Shown here piece by piece: positions 27,611 through 36,484 of a stretch of 51,976 nucleotides of DNA (the stretch's first letter is position 1; each line of letters begins with the position of its first letter). A model generated the notes under the pieces. The model ran no database searches. It was not told where the DNA came from and worked only from the letters and a program-made list of their open reading frames with translations. The position numbers were made by a program, and so were the translations under genes. Source of the DNA: Candidatus Margulisiibacteriota bacterium (lineage in GTDB: Bacteria; Margulisbacteria; WOR-1; CAVSGV01; JBHPDX01); NCBI GenBank assembly GCA_042577445.1, contig JBHPDX010000002.1, positions 1 through 51,976 of the forward strand, in the 5' to 3' direction.

Positions 27611-28333
27611 ATGAAAGAAGAACACAAATACAGAAAGCTTATATCCGCAAAGGGCCTGGTACGCTCTGTTATAGTGGAAAAAGAAACTGATATCCTGCTT
27701 CTTGCGGACCGATCCCTCACTCAGCTGGCGCATAAAGCCCTTAAAAAGACCAGGACGCAGCTTGAAGATTACATCAAGAAAGACGCAAAGTTCGAATCTT
27801 CGTTCGCTCCGCATATGGTCTCACCGTTCTCCCCGAGAATAATCAAAAAGATGGCCAAGGCGGCAAAAAAAACGAATGTAGGCCCTATGGCGGCGGTCGC
27901 GGGCGCCGTTGCGGAAGAAGTAGGGCTGGATCTCATGAAATATTCCGGCGAGGTCATAGTCGAGAACGGCGGGGACATATTCATAAAACTGAAAAAGCCG
28001 AGAAGAATAGGCATTTATGCCGGGAAATCGCCATTCTCGGAAAAAATAGCTATCGAAATAAAGCCGGAGGATACCCCTCTCGGTGTATGCACATCATCAG
28101 GCACAGTAGGGCATTCAACTTCCTTCGGGTCGGCAGATGCCGTTGTGGTGACCTCTAAATCAACAGCGCTTGCCGATGCTGCTGCCACCGCGATCGCCAA
28201 TGTTGTAAAAGATATTAAGACCATCGAGGACGGCCTCGACCTTGCAAAAAAAATAAAAGGGCTTCACGGAGTACTGATCATAAAAGGTAATCATATCGGG
28301 GCATTCGGGAATCTGGAGATCGTTCCGATCTAA
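27611..28333 (+). CDS. UPF0280 / ApbE-superfamily-like protein
   Basis: 240 aa. GPMAAVAGAVAE...ENGGDIF...SSGT.GHS.S.G.ADAV.V......ADA.ATA..N pattern as recalled for UPF0280 proteins. The -10-like TGTATAAT ends 8 nt before the ATG. Confidence 0.65.
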   Translation: MKEEHKYRKLISAKGLVRSVIVEKETDILLLADRSLTQLAHKALKKTRTQLEDYIKKDAKFESSFAPHMVSPFSPRIIKKMAKAAKKTNVGPMAAVAGAVAEEVGLDLMKYSGEVIVENGGDIFIKLKKPRRIGIYAGKSPFSEKIAIEIKPEDTPLGVCTSSGTVGHSTSFGSADAVVVTSKSTALADAAATAIANVVKDIKTIEDGLDLAKKIKGLHGVLIIKGNHIGAFGNLEIVPI

Positions 28334-28783
28334 CTAAGAGCCTGAGGCTGAACGCCTCGGCTCCATTTTATTCTCATCAATAAACCTTTTATCTACACCC
28401 GGGACATTTATTTGGTTTTTAATGTAATCTTGTATTATTTTCAAGTCAGAAGCGCTTACTTCTCTACAGCAGTAGGATCTTGCCCATAATTTACGATAAA
28501 CTGCCCGATCCATATTGGGATATTCACGAAATAATTTGTAAGATGTATACCCCTTCATGCATTTCATAATGTAGGCAGGAGAATCATTATATTTCTGCTC
28601 TATTAACACATGAACATGGTCGCCTAATACGGCCAATGAAATAATATCTATTTTTTTACTTTTTGCAACATCATAAAACTTTTCTCTGAGATATTTTCTA
28701 ACAGCGCTTTCGAAAATATATCTTTTTTTATATGTTACAAACATATAATGATAGTATTTTCTTTCTTTCATAAATTGACCCAT
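28334..28783 (-). CDS. tnpA: IS200/IS605-family Y1 (HUH) transposase, possibly a REP-associated tyrosine transposase (RAYT)
   Basis: 149 aa. HUH motif in GDHVHVLIEQ and a catalytic-Tyr region LWARSYCCREVS...IQDYIKNQ (cf. IS200 TnpA W..SYF...G......I..YI..Q). Confidence 0.8.
   Translation of the reverse strand: MGQFMKERKYYHYMFVTYKKRYIFESAVRKYLREKFYDVAKSKKIDIISLAVLGDHVHVLIEQKYNDSPAYIMKCMKGYTSYKLFREYPNMDRAVYRKLWARSYCCREVSASDLKIIQDYIKNQINVPGVDKRFIDENKMEPRRSASGS
28338..28363 (+). repeat. Bulged-T hairpin (REP-like), copy 1
   Basis: GAGCC-T-GAGGC TGAAC GCCTC GGCTC on the + strand, 5 nt after the UPF0280 stop and inside the last codons of tnpA. Followed by CATTTTATT, so it may also act as a terminator. 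Confidence 0.6.
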
Positions 28784-28820
28784 TCGGTGTTAATATAAAC
28801 TAGAAAGCAATATCTAGTTG

Positions 28821-28846
28821 GAACCGCGACGTTTAGTCGCAGGTTC
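28821..28846 (-). repeat. Bulged-T hairpin (REP-like), copy 2, inverted relative to copy 1
   Basis: The reverse strand reads GAACC-T-GCGAC TAAAC GTCGC GGTTC. The architecture is the same as copy 1, with three compensatory base-pair changes. Confidence 0.6.
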
Positions 28847-28862
28847 TTAATTATCTTATTCG

Positions 28863-28920
28863 CCTGCCTGCCCATGCCTACCCATGCCTACCGGCAGGGA
28901 TGGATTTCGGACCTTCGGAT
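28863..28920. repeat. Composite repeat: palindrome arms, a tandem 10-mer and TTCGGA heptamers
   Basis: CCTGCCTGCC, then (CCCATGCCTA)x2, then CCGGCAGG, then GGATTTCGGACCTTCGGAT. The arms match the pcrA palindrome and the heptamers match the element at 27414-27518. Confidence 0.55.
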
Positions 28921-29922
28921 CTAATCAACTATTCTCGGAGTTATAAAGAACACTACCTCTGTCTTGGCTTCTTCGTTTATCTTTCTTTGGAAAACCCCGC
29001 CAAAGAACGGCACATCACAGAAAAAAGGTATCTTTGAAATATTCTCCCTTTCAGTCTTGCTTATAAGTCCGCCGATAGCCAGTGTTTTCCCGTCCTTCAT
29101 CTTTACTGTAACATCGGCGTTCCTTGTGGATATCACCGGGAATTCGCCCGCGGATGTACTCCTCCACTCGGATACGGAGCTGACCTCCGGTCTTATGGTG
29201 GAAATAATGTCCCCCTCGGACCTTATGCGTGAAGTTATCTTGAGGCTTACGCCGGCGTCAATATATCTGACCGTCCACTGCGTTGAAGTGCCCGAGGAAT
29301 TCGCGGGAACCGCATAAGGGATCCGGCTGCCGATATTGATCTCGGCCTGTTTGCCGTCAAGAGTGGTTATTTTAGGCTGCGCCAATAAGCTCGCCTCCCC
29401 TCTTGCAACAAGCGCATTAACCGTGATCAGAAAATCATCGGAAGTCCCGACTTTGCCGCTGTCACTGTCCACCGAGAACTTAAAACTCCCCTGTTCTTTT
29501 CCCCAGTTTATCCCGATGTTTTTCATGGCGCTTTCCGATATTTCGATGACCTTACATTCTATTAGGACCTGTGAAGCCTTTTTATCTATTGACCGAACTA
29601 ACTTCAAAGCTTCTCTGATATTTGAATTTTTCCCGCGGAGCACCAGCAAATCCACACCTTTATCAACTACAATAAGATCAGGGGAAACACGGCTGACAAT
29701 ATTCAAAGCATCCTTAGCGGAAATATGCTTCAGCTTCACCACTCTGTTGATCACTTTTTCGATCTTTTGTGGAGAAACTTTATCCTTATATGTATAGACC
29801 GCCCCGCGCTCAGATGAGGCAACTTTGGTTCCGTTTTCAGCGGCATGAACGGCTATTGCCCCGCAAAAACCATGTGCGATCAATAAGATAATGATAATTG
29901 AGAACAAAAACCCCATCTTCAT
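28921..29922 (-). CDS. Short secretin-family outer-membrane protein (one N domain plus secretin domain)
   Basis: Signal peptide, then a secretin-N-like module (HISAKDALNIV...LLVLRGKNSNIREALKLVRSID), then a C-terminal secretin signature GGLISKTERENISKIPFFCDVPFFGGVFQRK...EVVFFITPRIV. The start is ambiguous (TTG 29940, ATG 29922 or 29916). Confidence 0.8.
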   Translation of the reverse strand: MKMGFLFSIIIILLIAHGFCGAIAVHAAENGTKVASSERGAVYTYKDKVSPQKIEKVINRVVKLKHISAKDALNIVSRVSPDLIVVDKGVDLLVLRGKNSNIREALKLVRSIDKKASQVLIECKVIEISESAMKNIGINWGKEQGSFKFSVDSDSGKVGTSDDFLITVNALVARGEASLLAQPKITTLDGKQAEINIGSRIPYAVPANSSGTSTQWTVRYIDAGVSLKITSRIRSEGDIISTIRPEVSSVSEWRSTSAGEFPVISTRNADVTVKMKDGKTLAIGGLISKTERENISKIPFFCDVPFFGGVFQRKINEEAKTEVVFFITPRIVD

Positions 29923-30027
29923 ACCATATTGATAAAGCAATTTATATGCCAGATATCAACGGCAAGATACGGATCAGCTCTGCAGAATATATCGACGAAC
30001 GAAGTAAGGCTCGACAGTTACAGGATG

Positions 30028-31638
30028 TTATTTGTAGTTGGAAAGAAGGACCAGGTCGCCTGCCTTGTGTATTATATAAAAAGATGTCTGAAAGCGCTTT
30101 ATGGTATTGTAATAATCCTCACGGTAGGCGATCAGGAAAACTCTCCTGTTAGTATCCAATGCGTTTACCAGTTGACCTTTGGTTTCAACGAATATTATCG
30201 GCTTATCGATATAGAACACGAAACTGTTCTTATGCCCGGCTGTTCGATAGCGGATTATCTTGTCGCCGCTTTCATATTTTGAAATGATCTTCCTGGAAAT
30301 GGCCCTCATGGGCTTGAATTCGTCAAGATGGATCATTGTGTAATTTGCGGTATAAAAAGTGAAAAAGATCATCGTTACCACAAGAGCTATCACCGAATTA
30401 TAGATATTCTTATCCTTGATAAATAATACAAAAGAAGCGATCCCGCCTATACCAAGGATAATGATCATCATGCCCACATCCTGAAACATCAGCTTGAGAC
30501 TAGGCTGCGCCTCCACCGACCGGAGTATCACCCCTGTGATCAAGAGTATCATTGAAAGGATGAAGCTGCTCTTATAGGCCCAGTCGATCTTCTTATCAAG
30601 ACCTGAATTCTCCCCTGCGGCAAAGTCCGACAATAGCTTCGCGACAGATATCGACATTATCGGATAAAGAGAAAGGATATATCCAGGGAGTTTGGTAGCA
30701 GCCATTGAAAAGAAAATAAAAACGATGGTGAACCACATAATAACGAACAGATTATTATCATCCCCGGTGCGTTTTGCCTGATAAGTAAGTGAGAAAGGCA
30801 GGAATAAGGCCCACGGCATGAATCCGATCAATATCACAGGGAAATAATAGAACCAGGGACCGGAATGTGTCCCAAGCACCATCGTATAGCGCTTGACCAG
30901 ATAAAGGGCGATGACCTGGTCAAAGAACACTCCTCCATGGAGAATGATCTCTATAAGGTACCATGTGCCTCCGATAACAAAACAGAGCGGCGCGCCAATA
31001 AATATATGTCTATTGAATAAAGATAACAGATCCTTCACAAGAAATAAGTATGGGAGTATAACAAGCATCGGAAGCAGTATGCCTATAGGACCTTTTATAA
31101 GGGTCGCCAGGCCCATTGCGGCAAAGAACCAATAATAATATTTTTTATCCCTGTCCCTGTGCCAGCAGAAGAAAAAGTAAACCGAAAGTATAGTGAAAAA
31201 GGCAAGAGGCACGTCAAAGATGGCAAGCCTCGACTGGATTATGAACTGAAAGCTGGTCGCAAGTATGAATCCGGCAAGTATGCCGACTCCATTCTTGAAC
31301 ATCTTTTTGCCCAATAAATAGGTCACGAATACAAGGGCCATGCCGAACAAAGCGCACCAGAGGCGGGAATTGAACTCACTTTCTCCGAAAATAAATGAAC
31401 TTAGCGTGACAAGCCACATGAACAGCGGAGGATGGACGAACCAGTTTTCGGAATGAAAATGAAGCGTGATAAAATCTCCGGTAAGGCGGATCTCTCTTGC
31501 AAGCTGCGAATATATCACTTCATCGGTCTCGAAGAAACTGGGGGCCCCGATCCGGAAAAAGAAAAGCAGAAAAGAAATGACCAGTAGTATTATTACCAGG
31601 TTTTTCTCTTCTCTTAAAGTGTTGAGATTGAACTTCAT
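30028..31638 (-). CDS. ArnT/PMT-like (GT39/GT83-type) membrane glycosyltransferase
   Basis: 536 aa, more than 10 TM. N-terminal loop motif ETDEVIYSQLAREIRLTGDF...HPPLFMWL is typical of the family. Confidence 0.8.
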   Translation of the reverse strand: MKFNLNTLREEKNLVIILLVISFLLFFFRIGAPSFFETDEVIYSQLAREIRLTGDFITLHFHSENWFVHPPLFMWLVTLSSFIFGESEFNSRLWCALFGMALVFVTYLLGKKMFKNGVGILAGFILATSFQFIIQSRLAIFDVPLAFFTILSVYFFFCWHRDRDKKYYYWFFAAMGLATLIKGPIGILLPMLVILPYLFLVKDLLSLFNRHIFIGAPLCFVIGGTWYLIEIILHGGVFFDQVIALYLVKRYTMVLGTHSGPWFYYFPVILIGFMPWALFLPFSLTYQAKRTGDDNNLFVIMWFTIVFIFFSMAATKLPGYILSLYPIMSISVAKLLSDFAAGENSGLDKKIDWAYKSSFILSMILLITGVILRSVEAQPSLKLMFQDVGMMIIILGIGGIASFVLFIKDKNIYNSVIALVVTMIFFTFYTANYTMIHLDEFKPMRAISRKIISKYESGDKIIRYRTAGHKNSFVFYIDKPIIFVETKGQLVNALDTNRRVFLIAYREDYYNTIKRFQTSFYIIHKAGDLVLLSNYK

Positions 31639-31697
31639 TTATTCCCTCCGCAAAAACGAAATCGTATGATAACAAATAACAGAATTCCGTTCAACAA

Positions 31698-32030
31698 CTA
31701 TTCCGCCAGGTCCTCTTTTATCCGGTTGATCGTCCTTTTTCCGAAGAATCCGAGATCGGACCTTTTCCTTAGATGCTCAAGGATGACCCTTAATACTTCT
31801 TTCGCTTCTTTTGCCTTTGATCTTCTCCAATTGTCCACTTCCGCCGCAAATTTACCTTCCGCATCTTCTTCCATCTGGTCCCCGTGACGGAGTTTAGGGT
31901 CTTTTTCGATGCTCGGGATAAGCTGGCGCCACGCATTTCGCTTTAACTCCCTGGACCAGCCCAGTTCGCTGATATACTGCTTAACTATGCGCATGCCTTC
32001 TGTTTGGGGATTTATCTCTTCTTCAGCCAT
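31698..32030 (-). CDS. Hypothetical 110-aa charged protein
   Basis: ORF only, in an operon between pyrC and the GT gene. Confidence 0.5.
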   Translation of the reverse strand: MAEEEINPQTEGMRIVKQYISELGWSRELKRNAWRQLIPSIEKDPKLRHGDQMEEDAEGKFAAEVDNWRRSKAKEAKEVLRVILEHLRKRSDLGFFGKRTINRIKEDLAE

Positions 32031-32038
32031 GGTCAGCT

Positions 32039-33400
32039 CTATCTCTTGTTGATATTCAAGAACTTTGGGGGCTCGCCGCCGGGGGATCTTTTTTCTAAGA
32101 CCTTGCCGTCCTTCATCACTATTTCGCCGCCAACGACCGTCATTATCGGAGTGCCTTTCAGCTTCCAGCCGCCAAACGGGGAATTCTTGCCTTTAGAATA
32201 GAATTTTGATATATCCACAGCCCATGATCTGTTCAGGTCAACAATGGTTATATCCGCGGCACTTCCTTGTGCGAGAGTTCCGCGCGGAATACCCAGGATC
32301 TTTGCCGGAATTGATGTCATCTTAGCGATCGCTTTTGATAAAGTAAGCGCCTCTGTATCGACCAGCTCGGTCAGTACCAGTGAAAGGGCCGTCTCGAACC
32401 CTACCATTCCGTTGGAAGCATGATTGAACTCAAGATTCTTTTCTTCGACAAGGTGAGGCGCATGATCAGTGGCTATCACATCGATGGTCCCGTCTTTAAG
32501 CCCTTTTATCACTTCTTTAACATCGTTCTCGGTGCGGAGCGGCGGGTTAACTTTGGCAAGAGTGTTATATCCTTCAACTTCCGTTTCTGTCAGGGTAAAG
32601 TAATGCGGGCATGTTTCGCAGGTTATATTTAACCCTTCAGCCTTGGCTTCTCTTATTAATTTGACCGAAGAAGCTGTGGATACATGAGCAATATGAAGAC
32701 TTCCTTTGCCGCCAAATTCCCTAAATATTCTTATATCTCTTTCCACCATCACCGACTCGGCAGCGGCAGGTATACCTTTCAATCCCATAGAGGTCGATGT
32801 ATACCCTTCATTCATCTGGCCGCCTTCGCTCAAGGTCCTGTCTTCACAATGGGATATCATGGTCTTGTTGAATTGTTTAAGGTATTCCATCGCCTTTCTC
32901 AGGATCAAAGCTTCCATTACCGGATTCCCGTCATCAGAGAAAGCAACCGCGCCGACATCCACCAGCATCCCCATCTCCGTCAGCTCTTCTCCGGAAAGGC
33001 CGCGTGTAACAGCGGCAATAGGGAACACGTTCACGACGCCCTCGTTCTTTGCTTTTGAAATAATATAATCTATTACCGAAGGCTCATCGGCTACAGGATC
33101 GGTATTGGCCATACAGGCAACGGAAGTAAAGCCTCCGGCTGCCGCCGACCTCGTACCGGAGTAAATGGTCTCTTCATCGGGATTGCCTGGATCGCGAAGG
33201 TGGCAGTGCATATCGACAAGGCCGGGGATGACGAGTTTTCCTTTGGCATTAATAACTTCGATGGTTCCGCCTGCATGGGAAGAAAGACTCTTTGAAACTT
33301 TGGATATTTTTCCGTTCTCAACTAGGATATCAAGTTCTTCGTCTGTTTTCCTGGAAGGGTCAAGTACTCTCCCTCCCTTGATCAACAATGATTTTCTCAT
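32039..33400 (-). CDS. pyrC: Dihydroorotase (long, allantoinase-like type)
   Basis: 453 aa. DMHCHLRDPG, HIAHVS and ATDHAPH motifs. Confidence 0.9.
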   Translation of the reverse strand: MRKSLLIKGGRVLDPSRKTDEELDILVENGKISKVSKSLSSHAGGTIEVINAKGKLVIPGLVDMHCHLRDPGNPDEETIYSGTRSAAAGGFTSVACMANTDPVADEPSVIDYIISKAKNEGVVNVFPIAAVTRGLSGEELTEMGMLVDVGAVAFSDDGNPVMEALILRKAMEYLKQFNKTMISHCEDRTLSEGGQMNEGYTSTSMGLKGIPAAAESVMVERDIRIFREFGGKGSLHIAHVSTASSVKLIREAKAEGLNITCETCPHYFTLTETEVEGYNTLAKVNPPLRTENDVKEVIKGLKDGTIDVIATDHAPHLVEEKNLEFNHASNGMVGFETALSLVLTELVDTEALTLSKAIAKMTSIPAKILGIPRGTLAQGSAADITIVDLNRSWAVDISKFYSKGKNSPFGGWKLKGTPIMTVVGGEIVMKDGKVLEKRSPGGEPPKFLNINKR

Positions 33401-34180
33401 CTACTGCGGTTTTCTCCTCTTAAAATTGATGCCTCGTTTTACGGCGGAAATTAATTTATGAGTTGTGCTATTCTTATTTTTCTGCACTTTAGAAAGCGCT
33501 ATCTTGGCGGCCGCCTGCTCTGATTCCTTTTTGCTCGGGCCTTTCCCGACCCCCATTGATTTCCCCTTGATTACGACCTCCATCAAAAAGATGCGCCGAT
33601 GCCTAGGGCCCGCTTCATTAACGACCCGATATAGAGGGAGGCCCCATCCTTTTTTCTGCACGAATTCCTGGAGAGCGGATTTGAAATCCCTTATATACCC
33701 TTCTTTGCTCACTTTGTCGATCTCACCTGTCAGGAACCTTAGGACCATTTCCCTTGACTTTCCGATGCCGCCGTCAAGGTAAACCGCTCCCAGCAAAGCT
33801 TCAAAGGAATTTGCGAGGTTGGATTTTCTATCTGCCCCGCCCGTGCGCTTTTCATTCGCCCCCAAGAGGATAAAACTCCCTATCCCCATCCGCTGAGCCA
33901 CAGAGGCAAGCGTCACGTCAGAGATCACGGATGCCCGTATCTTGGTAAGGTCGCCTTCCTGGCGTTCCGGAAATTTATGGAAAAGATATTCACTGACAAC
34001 AAGTTTAAGGACCGCGTCGCCTAAAAATTCCAGTCTTTCATTGTCCGATATCTTTTCGCGGGATTCGTAAGCATAGGAGCTGTGGGTAAGTGACTGGTTG
34101 AGCAATGCTTTGGAAAGAAAAGTGACTCCTATTTTTTTCTCGAGGTCCAAAAGTTGTTTTTCACGACGCGGTGATATCAT
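33401..34180 (-). CDS. rnc: Ribonuclease III
   Basis: ERLEFLGDAVL signature and a C-terminal dsRBD. The start is set to the ATG at 34180 (GGGAGG SD 5 nt upstream). The ORF track start 34282 adds 34 implausible residues. Confidence 0.9.
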   Translation of the reverse strand: MISPRREKQLLDLEKKIGVTFLSKALLNQSLTHSSYAYESREKISDNERLEFLGDAVLKLVVSEYLFHKFPERQEGDLTKIRASVISDVTLASVAQRMGIGSFILLGANEKRTGGADRKSNLANSFEALLGAVYLDGGIGKSREMVLRFLTGEIDKVSKEGYIRDFKSALQEFVQKKGWGLPLYRVVNEAGPRHRRIFLMEVVIKGKSMGVGKGPSKKESEQAAAKIALSKVQKNKNSTTHKLISAVKRGINFKRRKPQ

Positions 34181-34303
34181 TTTATCCTCCCTTGCAAATT
34201 GCAAATCGCTCTCCACGTAGTGATCAGCAATGCGCAGGTTTATTTGACAACACATTCTACAGTATGTAGAATAATTTAGCAAGACAGCTAAAGGAGCCGT
34301 TTA

Positions 34304-35224
34304 GTGGGTATATTATCTCCAATAATGAGTTACATCGTAGGCAAGGAAGCCGATTTTCCTTCCCCTTCGACCAAAATAAAGCTGAACAAGGTAATAGGAA
34401 GATATAAGCTTATCTTGAGGACTTTCGCTTACAGGTATGACATAGGAGAGATAAAGTTCGGCCTCGCGGACCTTTATATCGGCAGGAACGAGCCGGGTGA
34501 TTATAAGGAAGCTATGAAGCTGTATAATGACATAATCCAAAAACCGACATCCCCTTTCCTTCTTGCAAGAGCGCTTTCCGGAAAAGCGGAACTGTTCATT
34601 TCGGAGAATGATAAGAAAAAGATCGAGGAAGGGATAGAGCTTTCAAGGAGAGCAAAAAAGATATTAGAGGAAGAGGTCGGCAAAGAAGATTTCTTCTACC
34701 AGAAAAGCGTGATCGTTGAAGCGGAGCTTTTGACCAAGAAGGGCAAAAAAGAGGACGTGAAGATCGCTGCCAAGCTTTATGAAAGCCTGATAAAGAGCGA
34801 TCAGACAAATTATTACTTCAGGGCAAGAGCAATGATAGGGATATCCGAACTGAACACTTACACGGCAAAACCAAAAACTCTCAAAAAATACGCCGATCAC
34901 TGTGATTCTGCCATAGAATTGCTTAGATTCAGACCGCAGGATTATTTTTCCATAAAAGCCAAGATGATCCTGGTAGAAGTCCTTACACAGATAGATTCAA
35001 AGAAGAACGTTAACAGGATAATACAGCTTTGCAATCAGGTATTGCTGAACAAATACGCGGACAAAGAAACGATCGCGCGGACAAGGCTGGACAAAGCTGA
35101 CGTGTCAAAAAAGAATAACGCGGAAAAACTGATCGCAGAAGTAAAGAAGACCGAAGGCCTTCCGGATTACATATACAAAAAAGCTAAATTGATCGAAGCT
35201 GACCTGAAGAAAAGGAAGAAGTAA
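34304..35224 (+). CDS. Hypothetical helical-repeat (TPR-like) protein
   Basis: 306 aa, GTG start with an AAAGGAG SD. Lys/Glu-rich helical repeats, no specific family recognised. Confidence 0.5.
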   Translation: MGILSPIMSYIVGKEADFPSPSTKIKLNKVIGRYKLILRTFAYRYDIGEIKFGLADLYIGRNEPGDYKEAMKLYNDIIQKPTSPFLLARALSGKAELFISENDKKKIEEGIELSRRAKKILEEEVGKEDFFYQKSVIVEAELLTKKGKKEDVKIAAKLYESLIKSDQTNYYFRARAMIGISELNTYTAKPKTLKKYADHCDSAIELLRFRPQDYFSIKAKMILVEVLTQIDSKKNVNRIIQLCNQVLLNKYADKETIARTRLDKADVSKKNNAEKLIAEVKKTEGLPDYIYKKAKLIEADLKKRKK

Positions 35225-35230
35225 GCCGCT

Positions 35231-36484
35231 GTGGGAAAAACTATCGCCGAGAAGATCCTTTCAAACCACTCCAAAACAGACGCGCATGCGGGAGATATTG
35301 TTGTTGCCAATATTGATTTTTGCCTTGGCCAGGATGGCACCTCCGGTGTGGCTATTGATGTTTTTAACAAGATGGACGTCAAGAAAGTTTTCAACCCATC
35401 AAAGATCGCGATAATACTTGATCACAGTTCCCCCTCCCCCAACATCGGGGTATCAACTATCCATAAAAAGATAAGGGGATTTGCAGAAGCGCAAAAGATC
35501 AAATTATATGATATCGGCTGCGGCGTTTGCCACCAGCTGGTCCCTGAACAGGGGCATGTTGTTCCGGGAGACCTTGTTATCGGAGCGGATTCACACACCT
35601 GCACATACGGCGCGATCAATGCTTTTTCGACCGGGGTCGGATCGACAGATTTCGCGGCGGTAATGGCTTCAGGAAAATTATGGTTCAAAGTGCCTGAATC
35701 GATAAAGTTCATCATTAACGGGAAACTGCCAAAGGGTGTTTATTCAAAAGATCTTATACTATATATGATAAAACAACTTAGCGCCGGCGGAGCGACATAT
35801 CTTTCCACAGAATTCGAAGGAGAAGCGATAGACGCGCTTTCAGTCGATGCAAGGTTCACGATATCAAATATGGCTATCGAATTCGGCGCCAAAGCAGGGC
35901 TTATGAAGGCTGATAAAAAGGTAATAGAGTGGGTCAAGAAGCGTTCAAAGAGGATCCCGAAGCCGGTCAAGGCGGACGAGGATGCAAAATATTCTGACGT
36001 AAAAGTGTTCGATGCCGCAAAGATAGGTCCGCAGATAGCAAAACCTCACACTGTCGACAATGTTTCTCCGATCGAGGAAGTTGAGGGAACGCCGATACAG
36101 CAAGGATTTATCGGGACATGCACGAACGGAAGATTTGAGGACTTTAAGATAGCGGCAAAGATACTTAAAGGGAAGAAGATCCACAGGGATGCAAGGCTTA
36201 TACTTGCTCCTGCATCAAGGCAGATACTGAAAGAGCTTATCAGAACAGGCATTTATACGACATTATTGGATGCAAATGCGATCTTTGTAGTCCCCGGCTG
36301 CGGACCATGTGTCGGTACTCATAACGGCGTGCCGTCTGATGGAGAAAATGTGATATCAACAGCTAACAGGAACTTTAAGGGAAGAATGGGTAATCCTAAT
36401 GCGTTTATCTATTTAGGCTCTCCCGCTACAGTAGCCGCTTCGGTATTGAATGGGAAGATAACGGATCCAAGGAAATATCTGTAA
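35231..36484 (+). CDS. leuC: Aconitase-family dehydratase large subunit (3-isopropylmalate dehydratase / homoaconitase, archaeal type)
   Basis: 417 aa. Cluster ligand contexts DSHTCTYGA, GTCTNGRFEDF and PGCGPCVG. Confidence 0.9.
   Translation: MGKTIAEKILSNHSKTDAHAGDIVVANIDFCLGQDGTSGVAIDVFNKMDVKKVFNPSKIAIILDHSSPSPNIGVSTIHKKIRGFAEAQKIKLYDIGCGVCHQLVPEQGHVVPGDLVIGADSHTCTYGAINAFSTGVGSTDFAAVMASGKLWFKVPESIKFIINGKLPKGVYSKDLILYMIKQLSAGGATYLSTEFEGEAIDALSVDARFTISNMAIEFGAKAGLMKADKKVIEWVKKRSKRIPKPVKADEDAKYSDVKVFDAAKIGPQIAKPHTVDNVSPIEEVEGTPIQQGFIGTCTNGRFEDFKIAAKILKGKKIHRDARLILAPASRQILKELIRTGIYTTLLDANAIFVVPGCGPCVGTHNGVPSDGENVISTANRNFKGRMGNPNAFIYLGSPATVAASVLNGKITDPRKYL

Noticed and set aside
28871-28890. 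Tandem CCCATGCCTA x2 as a possible CRISPR or VNTR
   Set aside because: There are only two adjacent copies with no spacers. It is better explained as part of the palindromic repeat next to tnpA.
29941-30027. 9-nt match GAACGAAGT shared between this spacer and the 27414-27518 element
   Set aside because: A single 9-mer match is about what chance predicts in 2 x 52 kb. There is no surrounding similarity.
29898-30282. Plus-strand ORFs of 84 and 117 aa around the secretin / GT spacer
   Set aside because: They largely overlap the 3' end of the ArnT-like gene in antisense. They have no SD or recognisable motifs.
34181-34282. 34-codon N-terminal extension of rnc
   Set aside because: The extension (MLNYSTYCRMCCQINL...) is not RNase III-like. 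The ATG at 34180 has a GGGAGG SD and gives a typical N-terminus.
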